Shown here: positions 12,721 to 24,545 of the stretch, piece by piece
Position numbering within the stretch: the first letter of the stretch is position 1
How the letters are laid out: every line of letters starts with the position of its first letter
Source: Hemiscyllium ocellatum
Lineage: Eukaryota
DNA: 64,000 bases
Assembly (NCBI RefSeq): GCF_020745735.1
Contig: NW_026867487.1
Coordinates: 2,604,001-2,668,000, forward strand
Direction: 5' to 3'
The notes under the pieces: generated by a model
Told to the model about the DNA's origin: nothing
What the model saw: the letters and a program-made list of their open reading frames with translations, nothing else
Database searches by the model: none
Position numbers and translations under genes: made by a program

Positions 12721-12986
12721 TGTTCGGTTCTTTTCCCGAGGTTTCACACACGAGATACAATTCACACAGACTAACTTCTGAAAACAGTTAAAGTTTAATA
12801 CAGTTTGTCCAAGCGAAGTGACCCGGCCCATACTCTTCGCACGCTTGCCGAGTTGAGTCAGAAGAGAGACCCTGAACAAAGAAACTACATCCCCTTTATC
12901 CAGGTCAGTTGGCAATGCTGACAGATGCTCTGGCCACTCCCCCACAGTCACATGCCAAGACAACCCCCCAGTCACTCACACTCACA
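12721..12986 (-). mobile_element. ERV 5' LTR (outer boundary uncertain)
   Basis: On the - strand it starts TGTGAG.. and ends ..GAACA next to the PBS. It has a GATAAAG TATA-like site (~12900) and ATTAAA (12799-12794). Confidence 0.6.
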
Positions 12987-13469
12987 TGTTACCCCAGGTA
13001 CAATGGTAGGACGAGATCATCCTCAAAGATAATGCAAATACTAATGCCCTAATCCTGGGGAATCGATATGCAGATGATTTCCTGACTCAGTGATTCCCCA
13101 AGACAATGTCGGTGTGATGTGTCCTGGCTTTGGGGTGGCCCTGGAAATGAGTTCTGGCTTTGCTTCTTCCTCAGACAGTGGAGGTGTGATGGCTTCAGCA
13201 TTGGGGATAATCATACAAACAAACCTGATTGGCTGGGGATGGCTCTGAAAGGATGGAAGAGATTAAATGAGAGTTTAATTTGATAATAGTAGGGGGAGTA
13301 GTAGTAAATGACTATCTAAATGAAGCATGAATTACAATGGATAGTTATCCACATTCCTGCATGCTATCTGTGAGACAGAATGTCACCCCAACCCACTTCT
13401 GGAATGTTCAGCTTTGCAGTCTAACTCTTTAATATTACATTAATGCCCAGAGAGATATTCCCATTTAAT

Positions 13470-14745
13470 CTTTTAACATTATATTGGGTTTCTCTTTTAA
13501 TCTGTGGTAGCTCTTACTAGTGTTCTCTACTCTTTCTTTCGTAGTGTAGGATCTCCACTTCTCCCAATTTCTATCCCTCACAGGCAAAATTCTGGCCGGA
13601 AGTTTGTCTTCTGCACCAACATGTATTCATCTGCTCATCCTGCTGCCCTTCTCACTGTGAACTGTCTGTTCATCCACGTGAATTCTTACCAGCTCTGAAA
13701 GTGAGTTTTTAAACTCCTCCAGCAGAATTAGCTCTCTTAGCCCCTCATAGGTCTTCTCCATTTTAAGGTCAGCACCCATCAATCAAAGTGACGATGTTTA
13801 ATTCTTCAGAACTGAACATTGGCCTGACCTGGTTCCTTCTTTATGTTTCCGCACCGCTGTCTACACCCTTCTGGTACCAATTCATAAACACTTAAAATAG
13901 GCTGTATGACCTCTCCATCGTCTCTTGACCTCCCATCTGACTGCATGGCAAATACCTCAATAGCTCTGCCTCCCAGTTTAGTCTGAACTAGCATTACCCA
14001 TAAATCCTCGGACCATTCAATCTGCCTTGCCAATTTTTCAAATGAAATGAAGAGGGCTTCAGCATCTTTCAGCAGAGTTTTGATATCTTTCTATATAACA
14101 CAACCTTCTCTTTTAATCTCCATCCTATTAATTTGACTTTGCTGACAAAGTCGCAACTTCCCATGTCCAAATACTCTCAGGTTTTGCTCAGCTAAGAACC
14201 TTCTCTTTCTTTCTTTTTCCTCTCTCTCTCTCTTTCTCTCTCCCTTTGTTCTCTCTCTCTTTGCTCAGCTAAGAACCTTCTCTCTCTTTATCTTTGAACT
14301 CCATTTTCCTTGATTGTAATGTAAGTTTTTCTACCTCTAATGCACGTGTCTTACACACCTAAGTGTTTGAGTAATTCCCTTACAATTTCAGCTTTGCTTT
14401 TGTCCTTGGTTAAACCCAAATCTAACTTCTTTGCGAATTTTAAAAGTACAGCCTTTTTCCTTTGTTCTAAACTTTCTTGGCAAATTTGAGAATCACCTTT
14501 AAACCCCAGAACCTCTTCAGCAATTTTAAGAGCCATTTCTCTCACTTTTCATTTAACTAACAACAAGTCACTGAAATTAAACAAGTTGTCTCACCTACAT
14601 TTTATATAAAGATCTAGGACACTAACCTGCAAGTGTTTAAATGTACTGAGACTGTTTTTTTGTACCCCAAATCTATTCCAATCTGTCCAACTCTCAGACC
14701 GGAACTGTCTAAACCTGTTCAAATCGTGGAGGAAAGCCCCCACAC
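13470..14745 (-). mobile_element. Gmr1-like Gypsy gag remnant plus leader and degenerate PBS
   Basis: ORFs 14351-14545 (MALKIAEEVLG..KAEIV) and 13806-14033 (WVMLVQTKLGGRAIEVF). Degenerate tgggggct PBS next to the LTR. Confidence 0.75.
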
Positions 14746-15476
14746 TGTTAAGACACAGGGTAAACCCCTCTGCTAATTTAAACCCAACACATATTGAAGC
14801 TCATGTTATGCCGTCATCTGTTAAATTTTGAGAGGCAGAGAACCATCCCAGAAGTCATTATTTAAAGTAAAATGAATAATTTTATTCTTTAATTCCAACA
14901 GAGAATATTGAAACCAACAACTATTTACAACTCCTTTCTCTTCAACCTATCTTTTACCTCCCCACTCTACAATACTGATCCGATAGAAACCCTATTTAAG
15001 ATTTACAAACCAAATTCAAATTTCAGAACCAGCCAGCTGCTGGATCTTCTCTTTATATTTTCCTTTGTAAATTTTACTCTCATCTTTTCCACAGCATTCT
15101 GCCTCACAGGTCTTTCACATGGACAGGTACGTTTCAGAGAGCTATTCAGCTCGCAGTCTATACTTGTTGGTTTTCTTGAAAGTTCTCCCCCTAATCGTTC
15201 AAACTGTCTGGTTTGAAACCCCAAAATATTGGATCGTTTCATTGGTTTGATGTCATCAAATGCTAAATCCAAATTGGATTGGATTTTGGTATCTTTAGTT
15301 TAAACAGATCTGCCGATTTTGAATTTGTTTCTGTGTCATGGCAATTCAGCTGCACTACTGGTTTCACAGTCAACTGTTCCATTTTAAATTCTTTCAGCAC
15401 ACTGTGTGCCTGTCTAAATCCGTGCCAGCTTCCAGTCTCTCTCTTAAAGGTACGGTACACCTACAGCTTCATAGCA
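14746..15476 (-). mobile_element. 5' LTR of Gmr1-like Gypsy element
   Basis: Shares blocks (ccaacagagaatattgaa, aacctatcttttacctccca, aaaggtac.gtac) with 3336-4070. TG/CA-type ends. Confidence 0.65.
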
Positions 15477-15489
15477 GTATGGTAAGTTG

Positions 15490-16690
15490 AAAAAACCATC
15501 TTCAGTGTATATGATGCTTTTAGAGAGACCATTATTTTGGAAGAGTTCCAAATTCACTTCCTGAATTTGTGAGAACTTGTGGAAGTGCACAGCATTAAAG
15601 CAGCAAGATTAGCAGCTGGAATGGCTGATGGCTATAAATTGTTGATAAATCAAAGTTTCACTTTGAACATCAATTCCAATCTGTGAGGGATAGAACCTGG
15701 GGAAAAGAGAAATGCTCAGGTAGTAAAGGAAGGTGAGGTGTCTTTGAAGATAATGCAGATAGTTTATAACAGGGTGAAAAGAAACCCATGTTGGGGGAAG
15801 GGGAGTTAAAAATCCTCAGGTGCTTCCTCTGCATTAAGTAGGATACATGACATCGCATTGGCAGGTTGAAGCAAAGCAATGGGATGTGGTAAAGCAGGAT
15901 CAGCCAGTGGGGTTTATTAAAGTGGTAAAGGAGATCCCAGTGGAAGCTACAGAGCTGCAAGAGAATGTACAACCTGGTCAGGGGTTGGTGAATAAGAGAT
16001 TATCACACCTCTTTAAAGAATTGACCTGTGTGGGTATCAGGAGGAGTCAGTGAGGAAATTAAAATGTTAAGGGATACAGGAGCAAGTCAGTCTTTGATGG
16101 TGAGAGATGAGGAGGTATGTACTTTGAAGGAGTATGCCCAGAATATGTGGTGAGAAGAGCAGTGCTGTATTCTGTAAGATGAGGTTGGAGAGTCTGCTGA
16201 AAAGTGGTGAAGTGGTGGTAGCAGGAATAGACAGACTCTCTAATACAGTTTATCCTCGGGGATGTTACAGCTGGATCACAGGTGGGAGTGATACCTATTG
16301 TGGTTGAAAAGCCAGTGGAAAATCAGGCTGTAAGATGTTACAGGCAGTATCTCCTGGGAATTCTCCTGACTGTACGGTAAAAAGGTCACAAAGCCACAGG
16401 TTAAAATAGGAGGGAAATCAAAGAATGTAGATAAGGAAATTAAAGTTCAATTATCAGAAACGATGTTTGATTGAATGGCTGAGAGAGTAAAAACAGGAAC
16501 AGGTGGAGGGCAAAGTGGGTATTTTTAGTTCAGAGAGGTTAGTCAAATTACAACAAAGCAGTTGTATCAAAAAGCGTACACAGAAGCAGAATCTGAGTGT
16601 GTCCCAGAATGTTACTGCCTTCAAATGGAAGTTTTAATGAGGAAATGGAGACCATCACGTGTTCAGGTAGATATATGGGAACACCACCAA
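15490..16690 (+). mobile_element. Gmr1-like Gypsy gag/pro/int fragment
   Basis: Degenerate Zn-knuckle region, LRDTGASQSL-like (aagggatacaggagcaagtcagtctttg ~16070) and similarity to 24900-25800. Confidence 0.6.
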
Positions 16691-16833
16691 CTTCAAGTTC
16701 CCCTCTAACTCACTGACTATTCCGACTTGGAAATACATCACCGTTTCTTCAGTGTCGCTGGGTCAAAATCCTGGAATTCCCTCCCTAATGGCATTGTGGG
16801 TCAACCACAGCAGGTGGACTGCAGCGGTTCAAG

Positions 16834-17928
16834 ATGAGGAAGGATGGGAATGAGGGAGGATGGGAATGAGAAAGGACAGGGAAATAGTGAGGAGAAGGAT
16901 GAGGGAGGATAAGGATGAGGGAGGATGGGATGAGGGAGGATAGGGATGTGGGAGGATGGGGATGTGGGAGGATGGGAATGAAGGAGGATGGGGATGTGGG
17001 AGGATGGGGATGTGGGAGGATGGGTTGAGGGAGAATGGGAAAGAGGGAGGATAAGAATGAGGAAGGATGGGGATGTGGGAGGATGGATATGAGGGAGGAT
17101 GGTGATGTGGGAGGATGGGGATGTGGGAGGATGGATATGAGGGAGGATGGTGATGAGGGAGGATGGGGATATGGGAAGATGGGGATGTGGGAGGATGGGG
17201 ATGTGGGAGGATGGGAATGAAGGAGGATGGGGATGTGGGAGGATGGGGATGTGGGAGGATGGGTTGAGGGAGAATGGGAAAGAGGGAGGATAAGGATGAG
17301 GGAGGATGGGGATGTGGGAGGATGGGTTGAGGGAGAATGGGAAAGAGGGAGGATAAGAATGAGGAAGGATGGGGATGTGGGAGGATGGATATGAGGGAGG
17401 ATGGTGATGTGGGAGGATGGGGATGTGGGAGGATGGATATGAGGGAGGATGGTGATGAGGGAGGATGGGGATGTGGGAAGATGGGGATGTGGGAGGATGG
17501 GGATGTGGGAGGATGGGAATGAAGGAGGATGGGGATGTGGGAGGATGGGGATGTGGGAGGATGGGTTGAGGGAGAATGGGAAAGAGGGAGGATAAGGATG
17601 AGGAAGGATGGGGATGTGGGAGGATGGGGATGTGGGAGGATGGGGATGTGGGAAGATGGGGATGTGGGAGGATGGGAATGAAGGAGGATGGGGATGTGTG
17701 AGGATGGGTTGAGGGAGAATGGGAAAGAGGGAGGATAAGGATGAGGAAGGATGGGGATGTGGGAGGATGGGGATGTGGGAGGATGGATATGAGGGAGGAT
17801 GGGGATGTGGGAGGATGGGGATGTGGGAGGATGCGGATGTGGGAGGATGGGGATGAGGGAAGATGGATATGAGGGAGGATGGGGATGTGAGAGGATGGGA
17901 ATGAGGGAGGATGGGGATAAGGGAGAAT
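16834..17928. repeat. G-rich purine-biased tandem repeat (ggatggggatgtgggag)n with higher-order duplication
   Basis: 15-16 bp units. The blocks at 17035-17220 and 17337-17522 translate almost identically (302-bp offset). Confidence 0.95.
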
Positions 17929-20199
17929 GTGTATTGCGGTACGTGTAACAATATGGCTCCAGTTTTATCCTCCACCACCTGGCTTTCTAAAATATAGCAT
18001 TTATTCGCAAACTCTAACATTCTTTTAAACATGTTTTGTTATTTTCTGTAGCTGATGATGATAGTTTAATTATCTATGTGTACGAATCCCTATGAGTCTT
18101 TGCACCATCAGTATTTCTAAATTATCACCTTTTTCAAAGTATTCAGGCCAACCCGTTCTGGCTCTGAAGTGGATGACCCACACACTTGCCAGCATTGGAG
18201 TTTATTTGCCACAGTTTGGTCTATTCACTGAAACTACTATTATTTCTTGCTAATTTGATGCTTCCTGATGTTTTATTTACAATGCTGCTTATCTATCTGT
18301 GCAAAGCATATTTGGAGCTGGTGTTTTTGATCCCATTATTAAAATCACCGATTACCATAGTGGGGTCACATATACCGAGAGGAGGTGGTGGCGATCACAC
18401 TGCACTTGTATTTTTATATTTTTATTTGTTTGTGGGATGTGATCATCATTTGCTAGGCTGGCATTTAGTGCCCATTCCTAATTGCCCTGGGGTCAAGGAT
18501 GGCAGATTTCCATCACTAAAGGACAGGAATGAACCACATTGATTTTTACAATGGACAGAGGCTACATGATCGCCATTGTCTTTTTTATTGTAGATTTTTA
18601 ATCATTTCAAATTTCACCATGTCCCATGGTGGGATTGAACCCCATGTCCTGGATTTCTGGATTACCAGCCCAGTGACATTACCAATATACCTCCCCTGAC
18701 AAAATGCAGAAACCCAGTGTAATGTTTTGGGGTCATATAATCCCATTTCCCATGGCAGACACCCCAAAGAAATATCTGGAATCAAAACCTGATCTAATGA
18801 TGACTATGCAACCACTGTGGATCCTCAGAAGAAAATCCATCTGGTTGACAAATGACCTTTGGGGAAAAAAAATTGCTATTTTCCATGACAGATAATCATG
18901 AGGGAATTCCCATCATCTGACCTTGTCTTGGAGACACAGTATTGAGATGGATGGTCCAGTTGGTTTTGCTCAGTGGTAACTCCAAGACATTAATAGTAGG
19001 GGATTCAATAATGATAATGAGATTGGATGTGAGGGGTCTCCTTTGTTGGAAATGGTCATTATCTGGCACTTGTGTGAAGTTCCTTCCTACTTCGCGACCC
19101 AAGAGAGAATATGGTTCAGGTCTTGCTATGTAAGGACACGGACTGCTGCAATGTATGAGTTGTTGTGCATGGTTGTTATACATTGTGCAATCAACTGAAA
19201 ACATTACCACTTCTTTCCTAACTATGGAGTAAAGGCCATTCTTAAAGATAGTTGGGTTTGGGACACTATTATGATGAACTGCAGCTGTGAGATCCTGGAA
19301 CCAAAGTCATTCACATCACACAGCAACAGTCAATTTCTTTTGTGCTAGTCATGACCTAAAGTGTATTTCTGCATCATCCCCTCAATCTGTGGAAAGCACC
19401 ACACTGGTTTCTGCTGTGCTTGTATACAGTTTCCTCGATAACTGTACAGTCCCACAATACAACTATGGTTCTGTGGAACGTCCTTACTCTGTGTATAGTT
19501 CCACACATAACTATGTTTCTATGTGTTGGTCTATGGACTAGTGACCAGTTATCGATGACAAAAGTCTTTTGCCTACCAACAACTGTGCCATCAGTTTTCT
19601 GGGAACTGAACCTTTTGGGGTGGAAACACGTCACAGAGAGAAGTTGTTTGATCTCCATGGGAGTTGATTCTCTGGTCTCTGCAGTTCAAACCCATTTTAA
19701 ATATGAAAATCTGTTCCTCTTTCCTTCAGCGGTTGTTGTAAGCTGTGAGTTTTAACTGAAACGTCAGAGTCCTTTTCTCAATGAACCATGCACTTTGTGT
19801 CTCTTGCAAAACAGTGGAAACTTTTGCAGAAATATGATTGAAAAGCAACATTCTGACTGGTATAATAATCACAAGGATCACCTCAGCAATCTGTTAATAG
19901 GAATCACTGAAATGTCTCCAGGTTTTCCTATGTCTGAAACCTATTTTTCCCTGTCTGTTTTTCTGACTGTGAGTTTAAGGAGGAGTTTATAAGGGGATTG
20001 GAGTTTTAGTTTGTTGTGTTATACACAGATGTTTATCTGTAGCTACAATCTTTCTGACTTCTTGGTCAGGACAAAAACTTGGTCCATGCTTTCTGTCTAC
20101 TTGGATCTGTGAATCAGATGAAATAGGAAATTCAGTGTATTTATTTTAACATTTGGAACTTTGTGCTAACTCCAGGAGAGGGCTTGATATCCACTACAC

Positions 20200-20720
20200 A
20201 CTCGCGTGAATCCTGAAAGTATAGTCCCATTGTCTAACTGTGTTTCTGTTGACTTCTCCCATTCTGAATGGGGTCTGACATTGTAACTGTGTTTCTGTAG
20301 AGTCCCCTCACTTTGTGTACAATTATGCTGTCACTGATATGCTGAAGTATCCCTTACTCTGTGTGCAGTCCCACATTGTAAATGTTTCTCCATAGTTCAT
20401 TTACTCTGTGCACAGTCAGCACTGTAACCATGTTTTTGTACTTCGCTCACACTGTACAATCTTGCAACTGTGTTTCTGTTCAGCTTTCTCACTCAGCATA
20501 CAGTCCCATACGAGGTATTTCTGGAGCATTCTTTCAACCTGTACAAAGTCCACCCTGTAACTGTGCTTCTGCACAGTGTTCTCAATTTGTGTACAGTCCC
20601 CATACTGTCACTGTGTTTCTGTAATGTTCCCTCAATCTGTGTACTGTCTCCCACGATAAATGTGTGTTTGTGTTGTTCCCTCAGTCCGTGTACAGTCAGA
20701 CACTAATTGTGCTAATACAT
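20200..20720. repeat. Old, degenerate ~45-bp minisatellite
   Basis: Recurrent tgtacagtcccacactgtaactgtgtttctgt-like units. A similar tract lies at ~19380-19530. Confidence 0.55.
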
Positions 20721-22319
20721 TTTTCTGAGAACCTTCTTTACATAAACTAAAAATCTTGAACTTAACAGACATAGAACAAAGAACAGAACATAGAACAATA
20801 CAGCACAGAACAGGCCCTTCGGTCCACGATGTTGTGCCGAACATTTGTCCTACCTTAAACACCTATTTATGTATCTATCCAATTGCCGCTTAAAGGTCAC
20901 CAATGATTCTGACTCTGCCACTCCCACAGGTAGTGCATTCCATGCCCCCACCACTCTCTGGGTAAAGAACCTATCCCTGACATCCCCCGTATACATTCCA
21001 CCCTTCACCTTAAATTTCTGTCCCCTACAGTTCCAGACGATAAAATTCTCTGTGCAATAGTCCAATTTCCTCTCTGTACCTTCCTCGTGGACATGTTTCA
21101 CAGGAGAATCTGAATGTTCATTGCAGGCTCTGTCCATTCTGATGTGAGGTGAAAACCATGATGTTAGAGGTCTTTTGCAATTAGTTTCAGTTCTGCCAGT
21201 CTGTCACCTTTCAGTAAATATATACCTGTTTGTTGGAGCAAAGAATAAAATCAGAATTTGATTTTCATATCAGTATCAATGAACCTATCCTTTTAGTAAC
21301 CAAGTCCCTCTGGGAGGTCCCCCTGCTCAGATTAAACCTGACTGTGATCTCTGAGAGGAAGTGGAAGGAGAAGGAACTAATCTTGATGTTATCACTGAGT
21401 TTCGGACATCTGTTACATATTAATCATAAACAATCATTGTGCTGCTAGAAAGCGGGAGCAGTTCCTTGAGAGGTTTATGAAGCTTTCAATCTATCTTCAG
21501 TCTTAAAAATACAAATCACTTCAACTTTTTGCTCATTCTCTGACCCTGTTCCCTTTACTTGAATTTATAAACATATATTTGTTGTAGTGTATTCTTATCA
21601 TTTCTGTAACTTTTTCAGAAATCTAACAGAAACATGTCAACCAAAAATATCACAAAGTGCAGTCAGCAAGGAATAAAAAAATGAAACTCTTAACCAACCA
21701 GATTGCATTCTTTGAAGAAGTACCAGAAAGTATCGACAAGATTAATGTACTCGATGTAATACATTTGGAGTTACAAAAGGCCTGTGAGATGACATGAAAT
21801 TGCAAAGACCAAATGGTGTAAATCGAAGGACAACAACAGAATAGAAAACAAGTTGACAACAAAACAAAACCACGAATAGTGGCTAAAGGATGTTACTCAG
21901 ATTGACAAAAGCTGGGAAGTGATATTCTACAAGGAACGGTGCTAGGAACACAGTTGTTCACCATTTACAGAAACAACTCGAACTTAGGATTTGAAGACTA
22001 TTTTGTTACTTCTGATCGTGTAATATGCTAATCAGACACAGCACACATCATCAAAGGAAGTGATGCTGCATCACATGACCTTGCTGTTGCTTCCACAACT
22101 TTGGGTAAAATGTTGATAGCACAGTCAGAGATTGGAAATAATTGTGGGTTTCAGAGTTAACACTGAATCTACAGTTCCCTCGAATAGATTTCTGCCTGTA
22201 ACTCATTCCTGGCTATCTGTTACTCTGTAAGTAAACCACCTAGAACCCCTCAATTGGATTTTTGTCATTGTATACAGAAACCACCACAAAATAAAAATGT
22301 TGAGCTTGTGTAAAACACT

Positions 22320-22690
22320 GAGAGCACACACACACAGACACACACACACTCACTTTCACCCTTACAGCCAACAATGAGGCTGTTCAATGGTGTGCTTGTC
22401 TATATTGTTGGGGAAGTAGGGTACAACATTTAGGGAGTCTTGCTGTGATGATACAGGCATTTAGTGAGACAACAGCCAACATGTGTGTGAGACTGAGTGC
22501 ATGTGAGTGTGTGTGTTGAGAGTGTGGGGGGGGTTGTGTTTGAGAGTGTGTGTGTGTGAGATATAGAGTCAGTGTGTGAGAGAGAGTGAGTCAGTATGTG
22601 AGAAAAAGACATAGAGTGAGTGTGAGAGAGATAGAGCAAGTGAGTGTGTGACTGTGCGCGAGAGACGTTGTGAGTGTGAGTGTGAGTGGA
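22320..22690. repeat. (CA)n and compound (TG/GA)n microsatellites
   Basis: cacacacac at ~22325-22350 and a gtgtga/gagaga mixture at ~22480-22690. Confidence 0.85.
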
Positions 22691-23525
22691 TATATGTGTT
22701 CTGAAGTTGAAAACATGTACTGTACCTTTAAGAAAACACTCTATCGAAGGGACCTTTTCATGTGAAAATTTGCCAAGAATGTTTGGAAAGACAAAGGAAG
22801 GACATTCTTTTAGAAATAGCAAACAGGTTAGAGTTGGGTGTAACCAAGGACGAAAGTAAAGCTGAAATTGTAATGGAGTTGGTCAAGCATTGAGGGGTAT
22901 CAGAGAAACAGACAAGTGCAGTAGAGTTCGAAAAACTTCAATTACAATTGAGGCAAATGGAGTTAGAAGATAAAGAAATGGAATGAAGAGCCACGTTAGA
23001 GGAAAAAGAAAGGGAGAGAGGGACTTAGCTGAGCAAAGAGAAAAAGAAAGAGCAAAGGAGAGAGAATCTGAACTTCCAAAGTTGTGAATTAGACAGGAAA
23101 GTCATGTTAATAGGATGCAGATGAAGAGAGAAGGTAGTGATGTGTACAAATATGTTAAAACATTGCCACATTTTGATGAGAAAGATGATGAAGCCTTCTT
23201 CATTTAATTTGAAAAATTGGCGAGGCCGATGGAGTGGTGAGAGAACTTGTGGGTAATGCTCGTTCAGACTAAGCTGATAGGCAGAGCCAGTAGATGAGGG
23301 GTCAAGATATTATGCAGATGTCAAAAAGGCTATTTTGAGCACTTATGAATTGGTACCAGAAGCACATAGACAGCGGTTCTGAAACATAAAGAAGGAACTA
23401 GGTCAGACTGTGTTGATTTGAAGATTTAAACATAGTAATTTTAGATGGGTGCGGACCTTAAAAATAGATAAGATATGTGAGGCACTAAGAGAGTTGTGGT
23501 TCTGCTCGCCGAGCTGGAAGTTTTT

Positions 23526-23570
23526 GCTGCAAACGTTTCGTTCCCTGGCTAGGGAACATCATCAGTGCTG
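23526..23570 (-). ncRNA. Minimal type I hammerhead ribozyme (Penelope-associated)
   Basis: cagca CUGAUGA u GUUCCC uagcca GGGAAC GAAAC GUU ugcagc: intact core, perfect 6-bp stem II and palindromic stem III (ACGU). Confidence 0.7.
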
Positions 23571-24500
23571 TTGGAGCCTCGTGTGAAGCGCTTCTTTGAT
23601 GTTTCTTCCGGTATTTATAGTGGTCTGTCCTTGCAGCTTCCGGGTGTCAGTTTCAGCTGTACGCTGTAGTGGTTGGTATATTGGGTCCAGGTCAATGTGT
23701 CTGTTGATGGAGTTTGTGGATGAATGCCATGCCTCTAGGAATTCCCTGGCTGTTCTCTGTCTGGCTTGCCCTATGATGGTAGTGTTTTCCCAGTCGAATT
23801 CATGTTGCTTGTTGTCTGAGTGTGTGGCTACTAGGGATAGCTGGTCGTGTCGTTTCGTGGCTAGTTGATGTTCATGTATGCGGATTGTTAGCTGTCTTCC
23901 TGTTTGTCCTATATAGTGTTTTGTGCAGTCCTTGCATGGTATTTTGTAAACTACGTTAGTTTGGCTCATGCTGGGTATTGGGTCCTTTGTTCTAGTGACT
24001 CACTAGAACAAAGGACCCAATACCCAGCATGAGCCAAACTAACATAGTTTACAAAATACCATGCAAGGACTGCACAAAACACTATATAGGACAAACAGGA
24101 AGACAGCTAACAATCCGCACCCATGAACATCAGGCTAGCCACAAAACGACACGACCAGCTATCTCTAGTAGCCATACACTCAGACAACCAGCAACATGAA
24201 TTTGACTGGGAAAACACCACTATCATAGGACAAGCCAGACAGAGAACAGCCAGAGAATTCCTAGAAGCATGGCATTCATCCCCAAACTCCATCAACAGAC
24301 ACATTGACCTGGACACCATATACAAACCACTACAGCTGAAACTGACACCCGGAAACGGCAAGAACATCCATCAACAGACACATCGACCTGGACCCCACAT
24401 ACAAATCACTGCAGCTGAAACTGACACCCGGAAGCGGCAAGAACAAACCACTATAAATACCGGAAGAAACATCAAAGCAGCGCTTCACACGAGGCTCCAA

Positions 24501-24545
24501 CAGCACTGATGATGTTCCCTAGCCAGGGAATGAAACGTTTGCAGC
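24501..24545 (+). ncRNA. Minimal type I hammerhead ribozyme (Penelope-associated)
   Basis: cagca CUGAUGA u GUUCCC uagcca GGGAAU GAAAC GUU ugcagc: mirror copy with one G-U pair in stem II. Confidence 0.65.

Noticed and set aside
13032-13039. Perfect octamer ATGCAAAT
   Set aside because: It is 36 kb from the V gene, with no leader or V nearby; likely chance.
16785-18032. 415-aa Pro/His/Ser-rich ORF
   Set aside because: It is just the C-rich strand of the G-rich tandem repeat; there is no other gene evidence.
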